Below are positions 27,201-42,415 of a stretch of 64,000 nucleotides of DNA, piece by piece. The notes under the pieces are model-generated. The model saw nothing but the letters and a program-made list of their open reading frames with translations. It was not told the origin of the DNA and did not search any database. Source of the stretch: the human T2T-CHM13v2.0 reference genome, Homo sapiens; the NCBI RefSeq assembly GCF_009914755.1, contig NC_060940.1; one strand, written 5' to 3'. Both the position numbers and the translations under genes were made by a program. Positions within the stretch are counted from its first letter, which is position 1; every line of letters starts with the position of its first letter.

Positions 27201-30200
27201 ATGATGATTCCATTCGATTCGATTCGACGATTCCATTCTATTCCATTCGATGATGATTCCATTCGAGTCCATTCGATCATTCCATTCGAGTCCATTTAAT
27301 GATTCCATTGGGTTCAATTCAATGATGATTACATTGGATTCCGTTCTATGATTCCATTCAATTCCGTTCATTGACAATTTGATTCCATTCGATGATGATT
27401 CCATTTGAGTTCATTCGATGATTCTATTCGATTCTCTTCGATGGTGATTCAATTCTATTATATTGGATGATTCCATTCGATTCCATTTGATGTTGATTCA
27501 ATTCGATTCTATTCGATGATGATTCCATTGGATTTCACTTGATGATTCTATTCGATTCCATTCAATGATGATTCACTTCTCGTCCATTGGATGATTCCAT
27601 TTCATTCCATTCGATGATGATTCCATTCGATTCCATTCGATGATTCCATTTGATTCCATTCGACGGTGAGCAATTCGATTCAATTCCATGATGATTCTAT
27701 TTGATTCAATTAGATGATGTTTCCATTCGAATCCATTCCATGATTATTCCATTGGAATCCATTCGGCGATGATTCCATATGAGTCAATTCAATGATGATT
27801 CCATATGGGTCCGTTCGGTGATAATTCCATTTGATTTCATTCGATGCTTCTATTCAATTCCAGTCGATGATGATTCCGTTGGAGTCCATACGATGATTCC
27901 ATTTGATTTCATTTCATGATGATTCCATTCGATGACAATTACATTGGATTCCATTCTATGATTCCATTCAATTCCATTCGTTGATGATTCGATTCCATTC
28001 AATGATGATTCCATTTGAGTTCATTCGATGATTCTATTCGATTCCATTCTATGGTGATTCAATTCTCTTATATTGGATGATTCGACTCGATTCCATTTGA
28101 TGATTATTCCATTGGAGTCCACTTAGTGAATCATTTAGATTCTACTCGAAGATGATTCCATTCGAGTCCATTCGATGATACCATTCAATTCCATTCGTTG
28201 ATGCTTCCATTCAAGTGCATTCGATGATATCATTCGATTCCATTTGATGATAATTCCATTTGATTCCATGCGATGATTCTATTCGATTCCATTCAATGAT
28301 AATTCCATTCAATTCAGTGATTCCTCTGGACTCCATTTGATGATGATTCCATTCAATGATTCCATTCCATTCTATTCGAAAATGATTCCATTTGAATCCA
28401 TTTGATGACGATTCCATTCCATTCCATTTGATGATTCCATTCTTTTCTATTCGATGATGATTCCATTCGATTCCATTCGATGATGATTGGATTCGATTCC
28501 ATTTGATGATTTCATTTGATTCCATTCGTTAATGATTTCGATCAATTCCATTCGATGATTCCATTCGATTCCATTCGATAATGATTACATCCGAGTCCAT
28601 TCGATGATTCCCTTTGAGCCTGTTCGATAATTCCATTTGAGTCCAACCAATGATTCCATTCATTTCCATTCAATGATTCCATTCGAGTCCATTTGATCAT
28701 TCCGGTAGGGTCCATTCGATGTTGATTCCATTGGAGTGCATTCGATGATTCCATTCGAGTCCATTTTAGGATTTGATTCGAGTCCTTTCGATGATTCCAT
28801 TCGATTCCACTCGATGATGATTTCATTCGAGTCCATTCGACACTTCCAATCGATTCCATTTGATGATTCCATTCGAGTCCAATTGATGATTCCATTCAAT
28901 TCCATTCGATGATGATTCCGTACGATTCCATTCTGTGATGATTCCATGTGATTGCATTCAATGATGATTCCTTTCGATTGCATTCGATTATGATTCATTT
29001 CGTGTTCATTCTATGGTTCCACAGGTTTCCATTCGTGTCCATTCCATTATTCCATTCTATTCCATTTGATGATGATTCCATTCGATTCCATTCATTGGTG
29101 ATTCCACTCAATTCCATTCAATGATTCCATTCCATTTCTTTCAACAATGATTCCATTAGTTTCTAATCGATGATCCACTTGATTCCATTTGACGACGATT
29201 CCATTCTTGTCCATTCGATGATTCCATTTGATTCCATATGATGATGATTCCATTCGATTCCATACCATGATGATTCCATTCGAGTCCATTCAATGGTGAT
29301 TCCATTCAATTCCATTCGATGATTCCTTTCGATTCCATTCGATGATGATGGCATTCGATTCCTTTCAATCATTCCCTTTGATTCCATTCAAAGGTGATTT
29401 CATTCAAGTCCATTCGATAATTGCATTCGATTCCATTCTATGATGATTCCATTCGAGTCCATTTGATGATTCCATTCAATTCAAGTCAATGATGATTCCA
29501 TTCGATTCCATTCGATGATTCCATTGGATTCCATTCGATGATGATTCCATTCAAATCCATTCGATAATTCAATTCAAGTCCATTCGATAATGATTCCAAT
29601 CGAATCCATTCAAAGATTCCATTCAGTTCCATTCGATGTTTCCCTTAGATTCCATTCGATGATTCCACTTGATTCCATTTACGATGATTCCATTCGATTC
29701 CATGTGATGATTCCATTCAATTCTATTCAATGGTGTCTCCATTTGATTCCATTCGACCATGATTGCTTTTGATTCCATTCAATGATTCCATTCGGTTCCG
29801 TTTGATGATGATTCCGTTCGATTCCATTTGATGATTCCATTTGATTCCATTGGATGAGTCCATTCGATTACATTCGATGATTATTCCATTCGAGTGCATT
29901 AGATGATTCCATTCGAGTCCATTCGATGATTCCATTCGATTCCATTCGATGTTGATTCTGTTCAAATCCATTCGATGATTCCACTCGATTCCATTCGATG
30001 ACTCCATTTGATCCCATTCGATGATTTCCTTTGATTCCCTTTGATGATCATTCCATTTGATTCAATTCGGTGATTTCATTTGATTCCATTCAGTGATGTT
30101 TCCATTCGACTCCATTCGATGATGATTCCATTCGACTCCATTCGATTATGATTTCATTCAATTCCATTCGATAATGATTCCCTTCGAGTCCATTCGATGA

Positions 30201-30300
30201 TTCCATTCGATTCCATTCAATGATGATTTGATTCGTGTCCATTCGATGATTCCATTTGATTCCACTTGATGATGATTCCATTCGAGTCCATTTGATGATT
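24241..30300 (+). repeat. Higher-order unit 5 (6,060 bp)
   Basis: Same landmarks at offset 24,240. One private SNV was noticed near 28368 (RIESN to RIEWN in the ORF track). Confidence 0.95.
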
Positions 30301-33300
30301 CCATTCAATTCCATACTCCGATGATTTCTTTTGAGCCCATTCAATGCTTCCACTCGATTCCATATGATGACTCCATTCGATGAAATTCGATGATGATTCC
30401 ATTCGCTTGCTTTCGATGATGATTCCACTTGAGTCCGTTAGAAGATTCTATTCAATTACATTCCATGACGATTCCGTTCGAGTCCATTTGATGATTCCAT
30501 TAGACTCCATTCGACGATGATTCCATTCGATGTCATTCGATGATTCCATTCGATCTCATTCGATGATGATTCCATTCAACTCCATTCGATGTTTCCATTC
30601 GAGTTCATTCTATTATTCCATTACATTCCATTCGATGATGATTCCATTCGATTCCATTTGATGATTGCATTCTATTTCATTTGATGATGATTCCATTCGA
30701 GTCCACTCGATGATTCCATTCGAGTCCATTTAATGTATCCATTGGTTTCAATTCTATGATGATTACATTGGATTCCATTCGTTGATGATTTCATTCGGTT
30801 CCATTCAATGATGATTCTATTCAATTCCTTTCAATGTTTCCATTCAATTCCATACGATGATGATTCCATTTGATTTGATTCGACAGTGAGCCATTCGATT
30901 CAATTCCATGATGATTCTATTTTATTCAATTGGTTGACATTTCCATTCGATTCCATTCGATAATGATTCCCTTTGATTCCATTCAAAGATGATTCCATTC
31001 TAGCCCATTCAATCATTCCATTCGATTCTATTCAATGATGATTCCATTCATGTCGATTTGGTGATTCCATTTGACTTCATTTGATGATGATTCCTTTCAA
31101 GTTCATTAGATGATTCCATTCGATTCCATTTGATGATGATCCCATTCGAGTCCATTCAGTGATTCCATTCGTTTCCATTCCATGATGATTCCATTCCATT
31201 CCATGCAATGATTCCATTCGATTCCGTTTGATGATGATTTCATTCGAGTCCATTTGATGATTCCATTTGATTCCATTCGATGATGATTCCATTCGAGTCC
31301 ATTCGATGATTCTATTCGAATCCATTTGATGATTTCTTTTGATTATAGTTGGTGATGATTCCATTGGAGTCCATTCAATGATTCCATTCGATTCCAATCG
31401 ATGGTGGTTCCATTAGAGTCCATTTAATGATTCCATTTGATTCCAGTCTCTGATGATTACATTCGAGTCCATACGATGATTCCACTCAATTCCATATGAT
31501 GATGATTCCATTCGATTCCATTCGATGATTCCATTCTATTCTATTCAATGGTGATTCCATTCGAGTACATTAGATGATTCCATTCGATTCCATTCAATGA
31601 TGATTCTATTTGTGTCCCTTAGATGATTCCACATGATTCCATTAGATGATGATACTATTTGAGCCCATCCAATGATTCCCTTCGATTCCATTCGATGAGG
31701 ATTCCATTCGATTCAATTCATTGGTGATTCTATTCAATTCAATTCTTTGATTCCATTCCATTCCATTCGACAATGATTCCATTCGATTTCTTTCGATGAT
31801 TCCACTCGATTCCACTTGACATTGATTCCATTCGATTCCATTCAATGATTCCATTTGATTCCAGTGGATGATGATTGCCATCGATTCCATTCGATCACTC
31901 CATTCTATTCCATTTGATGATGATTACATTCGATTCCATTTGATGATTCCATCTGATTCTATTCGAGGATTCCATTTGATTCCATTCGCTGATGATTCCA
32001 TTCGAGTCCATTCGATGATTTCATTCGAGTACATCCAATGATTCCATTCGAGTCCATTTGATGATTCCATTTGATTCCATTTGATTATGATTCTACTAGA
32101 GTCCATTCAATGACTCCATTCGAGTCCATTCAACAATTCCATTCGACTCCATTCGATGATTCCATTCGATTCCATTTGATGATTCCATTCGAGTCCATTT
32201 AATCATTACAGTCGAGTCCATTTGGTGATTCCGCTGGATTTCCTTTGATAATGATACCATTCAATTACATTTGATGATGATCCCATTCAATTTCATTTGA
32301 TGATGACTCCATTAGAGTCCATTCGATGATTTTATTCGAGTCCCTTCATTGATTCCATCCGATTTCATTGGATGATGACTCCATTCGAGTCCATTCGATG
32401 ATTCCACTCGATTCCATTAGATGATTCCATTGGAGTCCATTTGATTGTCCCTTTTGATTCCATTCGATTCCTTTCGAAGATTATTCCATTTGAGTCCATT
32501 CGATGATGATTCCATTCCATTCCATTCGATGATTCCGTTTGATTCCATTCGATGATTCCCTTCGATTCCTATCTTTGATGATTCCATTCCATTCCATTCA
32601 ATGATTCCATTCGAATCTATTCCATGATGATTCCTTTCGATTCCATTCGCTGATGTTTCCGTTCAATTCCATTCGATGATGATTCCATTCGATTCCATTC
32701 ATTGAGGATTCCATTTGATTCCATTCAATGATGATTCCATTCTATTCCATTCAAAGATTGCATTCAATTCCATTCAATGGTTATCCCATTAGTGTAAGCT
32801 CAACGATTCCATTCAATACCATTCGATGATGATTCCTTTTGAGTCCATTCAATGATTTCATTCAAGTCCATTTGATGATTCCTTTCAATTCCATTCTATG
32901 ATGATTCCATTCGAGTCCATTCGATGATTCCATTCGATTGCATTCGATGATTCCATTATATTCCATTCAATGATGATTCCATTCCAGTCCATTCGATGAT
33001 TCCATTAGAGTACATTTAATGATTGCTTTGTTTTCAATTCGAAGATGATTACATTCGATTCCATTCTATGATACCATTCGATTCCATTCAATGATGACTC
33101 CACTCAAATCCATTGGATGATTCCATTCGTGTCCATTCGGTGATTTCATTAGATTCCATTCGAGGATGACTCCATTCGATTCCATTCGATGATTCCATTC
33201 AATTCCATTCGATGATGATTCCATTCCAGTCCATATGATCATTCCATTTGATTTCATTCGATGATGATTCCATTCGATTCGATTCGACGATTCCATTCTA

Positions 33301-36300
33301 TTCCATTCGATGATGATTCCATTCGAGTCCATTCGATCATTCCATTCGAGTCCATTTAATGATTCCATTGGGTTCAATTCAATGATGATTACATTGGATT
33401 CCGTTCTATGATTCCATTCAATTCCGTTCATTGACAATTTGATTCCATTCGATGATGATTCCATTTGAGTTCATTCGATGATTCTATTCGATTCTCTTCG
33501 ATGGTGATTCAATTCTATTATATTGGATGATTCCATTCGATTCCATTTGATGTTGATTCAATTCGATTCTATTCGATGATGATTCCATTGGATTTCACTT
33601 GATGATTCTATTCGATTCCATTCAATGATGATTCACTTCTCGTCCATTGGATGATTCCATTTCATTCCATTCGATGATGATTCCATTCGATTCCATTCGA
33701 TGATTCCATTTGATTCCATTCGACGGTGAGCAATTCGATTCAATTCCATGATGATTCTATTTGATTCAATTAGATGATGTTTCCATTCGAATCCATTCCA
33801 TGATTATTCCATTGGAATCCATTCGGCGATGATTCCATATGAGTCAATTCAATGATGATTCCATATGGGTCCGTTCGGTGATAATTCCATTTGATTTCAT
33901 TCGATGCTTCTATTCAATTCCAGTCGATGATGATTCCGTTGGAGTCCATACGATGATTCCATTTGATTTCATTTCATGATGATTCCATTCGATGACAATT
34001 ACATTGGATTCCATTCTATGATTCCATTCAATTCCATTCGTTGATGATTCGATTCCATTCAATGATGATTCCATTTGAGTTCATTCGATGATTCTATTCG
34101 ATTCCATTCTATGGTGATTCAATTCTCTTATATTGGATGATTCGACTCGATTCCATTTGATGATTATTCCATTGGAGTCCACTTAGTGAATCATTTAGAT
34201 TCTACTCGAAGATGATTCCATTCGAGTCCATTCGATGATACCATTCAATTCCATTCGTTGATGCTTCCATTCAAGTGCATTCGATGATATCATTCGATTC
34301 CATTTGATGATAATTCCATTTGATTCCATGCGATGATTCTATTCGATTCCATTCAATGATAATTCCATTCAATTCAGTGATTCCTCTGGACTCCATTTGA
34401 TGATGATTCCATTCAATGATTCCATTCGATTCTATTCGAAAATGATTCCATTTGAATCCATTTGATGACGATTCCATTCCATTCCATTTGATGATTCCAT
34501 TCTTTTCTATTCGATGATGATTCCATTCGATTCCATTCGATGATGATTGGATTCGATTCCATTTGATGATTTCATTTGATTCCATTCGTTAATGATTTCG
34601 ATCAATTCCATTCGATGATTCCATTCGATTCCATTCGATAATGATTACATCCGAGTCCATTCGATGATTCCCTTTGAGCCTGTTCGATAATTCCATTTGA
34701 GTCCAACCAATGATTCCATTCATTTCCATTCAATGATTCCATTCGAGTCCATTTGATCATTCCGGTAGGGTCCATTCGATGTTGATTCCATTGGAGTGCA
34801 TTCGATGATTCCATTCGAGTCCATTTTAGGATTTGATTCGAGTCCTTTCGATGATTCCATTCGATTCCACTCGATGATGATTTCATTCGAGTCCATTCGA
34901 CACTTCCAATCGATTCCATTTGATGATTCCATTCGAGTCCAATTGATGATTCCATTCAATTCCATTCGATGATGATTCCGTACGATTCCATTCTGTGATG
35001 ATTCCATGTGATTGCATTCAATGATGATTCCTTTCGATTGCATTCGATTATGATTCATTTCGTGTTCATTCTATGGTTCCACAGGTTTCCATTCGTGTCC
35101 ATTCCATTATTCCATTCTATTCCATTTGATGATGATTCCATTCGATTCCATTCATTGGTGATTCCACTCAATTCCATTCAATGATTCCATTCCATTTCTT
35201 TCAACAATGATTCCATTAGTTTCTAATCGATGATCCACTTGATTCCATTTGACGACGATTCCATTCTTGTCCATTCGATGATTCCATTTGATTCCATATG
35301 ATGATGATTCCATTCGATTCCATACCATGATGATTCCATTCGAGTCCATTCAATGGTGATTCCATTCAATTCCATTCGATGATTCCTTTCGATTCCATTC
35401 GATGATGATGGCATTCGATTCCTTTCAATCATTCCCTTTGATTCCATTCAAAGGTGATTTCATTCAAGTCCATTCGATAATTGCATTCGATTCCATTCTA
35501 TGATGATTCCATTCGAGTCCATTTGATGATTCCATTCAATTCAAGTCAATGATGATTCCATTCGATTCCATTCGATGATTCCATTGGATTCCATTCGATG
35601 ATGATTCCATTCAAATCCATTCGATAATTCAATTCAAGTCCATTCGATAATGATTCCAATCGAATCCATTCAAAGATTCCATTCAGTTCCATTCGATGTT
35701 TCCCTTAGATTCCATTCGATGATTCCACTTGATTCCATTTACGATGATTCCATTCGATTCCATGTGATGATTCCATTCAATTCTATTCAATGGTGTCTCC
35801 ATTTGATTCCATTCGACCATGATTGCTTTTGATTCCATTCAATGATTCCATTCGGTTCCGTTTGATGATGATTCCGTTCGATTCCATTTGATGATTCCAT
35901 TTGATTCCATTGGATGAGTCCATTCGATTACATTCGATGATTATTCCATTCGAGTGCATTAGATGATTCCATTCGAGTCCATTCGATGATTCCATTCGAT
36001 TCCATTCGATGTTGATTCTGTTCAAATCCATTCGATGATTCCACTCGATTCCATTCGATGACTCCATTTGATCCCATTCGATGATTTCCTTTGATTCCCT
36101 TTGATGATCATTCCATTTGATTCAATTCGGTGATTTCATTTGATTCCATTCAGTGATGTTTCCATTCGACTCCATTCGATGATGATTCCATTCGACTCCA
36201 TTCGATTATGATTTCATTCAATTCCATTCGATAATGATTCCCTTCGAGTCCATTCGATGATTCCATTCGATTCCATTCAATGATGATTTGATTCGTGTCC

Positions 36301-36360
36301 ATTCGATGATTCCATTTGATTCCACTTGATGATGATTCCATTCGAGTCCATTTGATGATT
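30301..36360 (+). repeat. Higher-order unit 6 (6,060 bp)
   Basis: Same landmarks at offset 30,300. No private variant was noticed relative to units 4 and 5. Confidence 0.95.
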
Positions 36361-39300
36361 CCATTCAATTCCATACTCCGATGATTTCTTTTGAGCCCAT
36401 TCAATGCTTCCACTCGATTCCATATGATGACTCCATTCGATGAAATTCGATGATGATTCCATTCGCTTGCTTTCGATGATGATTCCACTTGAGTCCGTTA
36501 GAAGATTCTATTCAATTACATTCCATGACGATTCCGTTCGAGTCCATTTGATGATTCCATTAGACTCCATTCGACGATGATTCCATTCGATGTCATTCGA
36601 TGATTCCATTCGATCTCATTCGATGATGATTCCATTCAACTCCATTCGATGTTTCCATTCGAGTTCATTCTATTATTCCATTACATTCCATTCGATGATG
36701 ATTCCATTCGATTCCATTTGATGATTGCATTCTATTTCATTTGATGATGATTCCATTCGAGTCCACTCGATGATTCCATTCGAGTCCATTTAATGTATCC
36801 ATTGGTTTCAATTCTATGATGATTACATTGGATTCCATTCGTTGATGATTTCATTCGGTTCCATTCAATGATGATTCTATTCAATTCCTTTCAATGTTTC
36901 CATTCAATTCCATACGATGATGATTCCATTTGATTTGATTCGACAGTGAGCCATTCGATTCAATTCCATGATGATTCTATTTTATTCAATTGGTTGACAT
37001 TTCCATTCGATTCCATTCGATAATGATTCCCTTTGATTCCATTCAAAGATGATTCCATTCTAGCCCATTCAATCATTCCATTCGATTCTATTCAATGATG
37101 ATTCCATTCATGTCGATTTGGTGATTCCATTTGACTTCATTTGATGATGATTCCTTTCAAGTTCATTAGATGATTCCATTCGATTCCATTTGATGATGAT
37201 CCCATTCGAGTCCATTCAGTGATTCCATTCGTTTCCATTCCATGATGATTCCATTCCATTCCATGCAATGATTCCATTCGATTCCGTTTGATGATGATTT
37301 CATTCGAGTCCATTTGATGATTCCATTTGATTCCATTCGATGATGATTCCATTCGAGTCCATTCGATGATTCTATTCGAATCCATTTGATGATTTCTTTT
37401 GATTATAGTTGGTGATGATTCCATTGGAGTCCATTCAATGATTCCATTCGATTCCAATCGATGGTGATTCCATTAGAGTCCATTTAATGATTCCATTTGA
37501 TTCCAGTCTCTGATGATTACATTCGAGTCCATACGATGATTCCACTCAATTCCATATGATGATGATTCCATTCGATTCCATTCGATGATTCCATTCTATT
37601 CTATTCGATGGTGATTCCATTCGAGTACATTAGATGATTCCATTCGATTCCATTCAATGATGATTATATTTGTGTCCCTTAGATGATTCCACATGATTCC
37701 ATTAGATGATGATACTATTTGAGCCCATCCAATGATTCCCTTCGATTCCATTCGATGAGGATTCCATTCGATTCAATTCATTGGTGATTCTATTCAATTC
37801 AATTCTTTGATTCCATTCCATTCCATTCGACAATGATTCCATTCGATTTCTTTCGATGATTCCACTCGATTCCACTTGACATTGATTCCATTCGATTCCA
37901 TTCAATGATTCCATTTGATTCCAGTGGATGATGATTGCCATCGATTCCATTCGATCACTCCATTCTATTCCATTTGATGATGATTACATTCGATTCCATT
38001 TGATGATTCCATCTGATTCTATTCGAGGATTCCATTTGATTCCATTCGCTGATGATTCCATTCGAGTCCATTCGATGATTTCATTCGAGTACATCCAATG
38101 ATTCCATTCGAGTCCATTTGATGATTCCATTTGATTCCATTTGATTATGATTCTACTAGAGTCCATTCAATGACTCCATTCGAGTCCATTCAACAATTCC
38201 ATTCGACTCCATTCGATGATTCCATTCGATTCCATTTGATGATTCCATTCGAGTCCATTTAATCATTACAGTCGAGTCCATTTGGTGATTCCGCTGGATT
38301 TCCTTTGATAATGATACCATTCAATTACATTTGATGATGATCCCATTCAATTTCATTTGATGATGACTCCATTAGAGTCCATTCGATGATTTTATTCGAG
38401 TCCCTTCATTGATTCCATCCGATTTCAATGGATGATGACTCCATTCGAGTCCATTCGATGATTCCACTCGATTCCATTAGATGATTCCATTGGAGTCCAT
38501 TTGATTGTCCCATTTGATTCCATTCGATTCCTTTCGAAGATTATTCCATTTGAGTCCATTCGATGATGATTCCATTCCATTCCATTCGATGATTCCGTTT
38601 GATTCCATTCGATGATTCCCTTCGATTCCTATCTTTGATGATTCCATTCCATTACATTCAATGATTCCATTCGAATCTATTCCATGATGATTCCTTTCGA
38701 TTCCATTCGCTGATGTTTCCGTTCAATTCCATTCGATGATGATTCCATTCGATTCCATTCATTGAGGATTCCATTTGATTCCATTCAATGATGATTCCAT
38801 TCTATTCCATTCAAAGATTGCATTCAATTCCATTCAATGGTTATCCCATTAGAGTAAACTCAACGATTCCATTCAATACCATTCGATGATGATTCCTTTT
38901 GAGTCCATTCAATGATTTCATTCAAGTCCATTTGATGATTCCTTTCAATTCCATTCTATGATGATTCCATTCGAGTCCATTCGATGATTCCATTCGATTG
39001 CATTCGATGATTCCATTATATTCCATTCAACGATGATTCCATTCGAGTCCATTCGATGATTCCATTAGAGTATATTTAATGATTGCTTTGTTTTCAATTC
39101 GAAGATGATTACATTCGATTCCATTCTATGATACCATTCGATTCCATTCAATGATGACTCCACTCAAATCCATTGGATGATTCCATTCGTGTCCATTCGG
39201 TGATTTCATTAGATTCCATTCGAGGATGACTCCATTCGATTCCATTCGATGATTCCATTCAATTCCATTCGATGATGATTCCATTCCAGTCCATATGATC

Positions 39301-42300
39301 ATTCCATTTGATTTCATTCGATGATGATTCCATTCGATTCGATTCGACGATTCCATTCTATTCCATTCGATGATGATTCCATTCGAGTCCATTCGATCAT
39401 TCCATTCGAGTCCATTTAATGATTCCATTGGGTTCAATTCAATGATGATTACATTGGATTCCGTTCTATGATTCCATTCAATTCCGTTCATTGACAATTT
39501 GATTCCATTCGATGATGATTCCATTTGAGTTCATTCGATGATTCTATTCGATTCTCTTCGATGGTGATTCAATTCTATTATATTGGATGATTCCATTCGA
39601 TTCCATTTGATGTTGATTCAATTCGATTCTATTCGATGATGATTCCATTGGATTTCACTTGATGATTCTATTCGATTCCATTCAATGATGATTCACTTCT
39701 CGTCCATTGGATGATTCCATTTCATTCCATTCGATGATGATTCCATTCGATTCCATTCGATGATTCCATTTGATTCCATTCGACGGTGAGCAATTCGATT
39801 CAATTCCATGATGATTCTATTTGATTCAATTAGATGATGTTTCCATTCGAATCCATTCCATGATTATTCCATTGGAATCCATTCAGCGATGATTCCATAT
39901 GAGTCAATTCAATGATGATTCCATATGGGTCCGTTCGGTGATAATTCCATTTGATTTCATTCGATGCTTCTATTCAATTCCAGTCGATGATGATTCCGTT
40001 GGAGTCCATACGATGATTCCATTTGATTTCATTTCATGATGATTCCATTCGATGACAATTACATTGGATTCCATTCTATGATTCCATTCAATTCCATTCG
40101 TTGATGATTCGATTCCATTCAATGATGATTCCATTTGAGTTCATTCGATGATTCTATTCGATTCCATTCTATGGTGATTCAATTCTCTTATATTGGATGA
40201 TTCCACTCGATTCCATTTGATGATTATTCCATTGGAGTCCACTTAGTGAATCATTTAGATTCTACTCGAAGATGATTCCATTCGAGTCCATTCGATGATA
40301 CCATTCAATTCCATTCGTTGATGCTTCCATTCAAGTGCATTCGATGATATCATTCGATTCCATTTGATGATAATTCCATTTGATTCCATGCGATGATTCT
40401 ATTCGATTCCATTCAATGATAATTCCATTCAATTCAGTGATTCCTCTGGACTCCATTTGATGATGATTCCATTCAATGATTCCATTCGATTCTATTCGAA
40501 AATGATTCCATTTGAATCCATTTGATGACGATTCCATTCCATTCCATTTGATGATTCCATTCTTTTCTATTCGATGATGATTCCATTCGATTCCATTCGA
40601 TGATGATTGGATTCGATTCCATTTGATGATTTCATTTGATTCCATTCGTTAATGATTTCGATCAATTCCATTCGATGATTCCATTCGATTCCATTCGATA
40701 ATGATTACATCCGAGTCCATTCGATGATTCCCTTTGAGCCTGTTCGATAATTCCATTTGAGTCCAACCAATGATTCCATTCATTTCCATTCAATGATTCC
40801 ATTCGAGTCCATTTGATCATTCCGGTAGGGTCCATTCGATGTTGATTCCATTGGAGTGCATTCGATGATTCCATTCGAGTCCATTTTAGGATTTGATTCG
40901 AGTCCTTTCGATGATTCCATTCGATTCCACTCGATGATGATTTCATTCGAGTCCATTCGACACTTCCAATCGATTCCATTTGATGATTCCATTCGAGTCC
41001 AATTGATGATTCCATTCAATTCCATTCGATGATGATTCCGTACGATTCCATTCTGTGATGATTCCATGTGATTGCATTCAATGATGATTCCTTTCGATTG
41101 CATTCGATTATGATTCATTTCGTGTTCATTCTATGGTTCCACAGGTTTCCATTCGTGTCCATTCCATTATTCCATTCTATTCCATTTGATGATGATTCCA
41201 TTCGATTCCATTCATTGGTGATTCCACTCAATTCCATTCAATGATTCCATTCCATTTCTTTCAACAATGATTCCATTAGTTTCTAATCGATGATCCACTT
41301 GATTCCATTTGACGACGATTCCATTCTTGTCCATTCGATGATTCCATTTGATTCCATATGATGATGATTCCATTCGATTCCATACCATGATGATTCCATT
41401 CGAGTCCATTCAATGGTGATTCCATTCAATTCCATTCGATGATTCCTTTTGATTCCATTCGATGATGATGGCATTCGATTCCTTTCAATCATTCCCTTTG
41501 ATTCCATTCAAAGGTGATTTCATTCAAGTCCATTCGATAATTGCATTCGATTCCATTCTACGATGATTCCATTCGAGTCCATTTGATGATTCCATTCAAT
41601 TCAAGTCAATGATGATTCCATTCGATTCCATTCGATGATTCCATTGGATTCCATTCGATGATGATTCCATTCAAATCCATTCGATAATTCAAGTCCATTC
41701 GATGATGATTCCAATCGAATCCATTCAAAGATTCCATTCAGTTCCATTCGATGATTCCCTTAGATTCCATTCGATGATTCCACTTGATTCCATTTACGAT
41801 GATTCCATTCGATTCCATGTGATGATTCCATTCAATTCAATTCAATGATGTCTCCATTTGATTCCAATCGACCATGACTGCCTTTGATTCCATTCAGTGA
41901 TTCCATTCGGTTCCGTTTGATGATGATTCCGTTCGATTCCATTTGATGATTCCATTTGATTCCATTGGATGAGTCCATTCGATTACATTCGATGATTATT
42001 CCATTCGAGTGCATTAGATGATTCCATTCGAGTCCATTCGATGATTCCATTCGATTCCATTCGATGTTGATTCTGTTCAAATCCATTCGATGATTCCACT
42101 CGATTCCATTCGATGACTCCATTTGATCCCATTCGATGATTTCCTTTGATTCCCTTTGATGATCATTCCATTTGATTCAATTCGGTGATTTCATTTGATT
42201 CCATTCAGTGATGTTTCCATTCGACTCCATTCGATGATGATTCCATTCGACTCCATTCGATTATGATTTCATTCAATTCCATTCGATAATGATTCCCTTC

Positions 42301-42415
42301 GAGTCCATTCGATGATTCCATTCGATTCCATTCAATGATGATTTGATTCGTGTCCATTCGATGATTCCATTTGATTCCACTTGATGATGATTCCATTCGA
42401 GTCCATTTGATGATT
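36361..42415 (+). repeat. Higher-order unit 7 (6,055 bp; one pentamer deleted)
   Basis: GATAATTCAATTCAAGTC becomes GATAATTCAAGTC at ~41686-41690. The downstream ORF offset drops by 5 (5850 maps to 42205). Confidence 0.93.
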
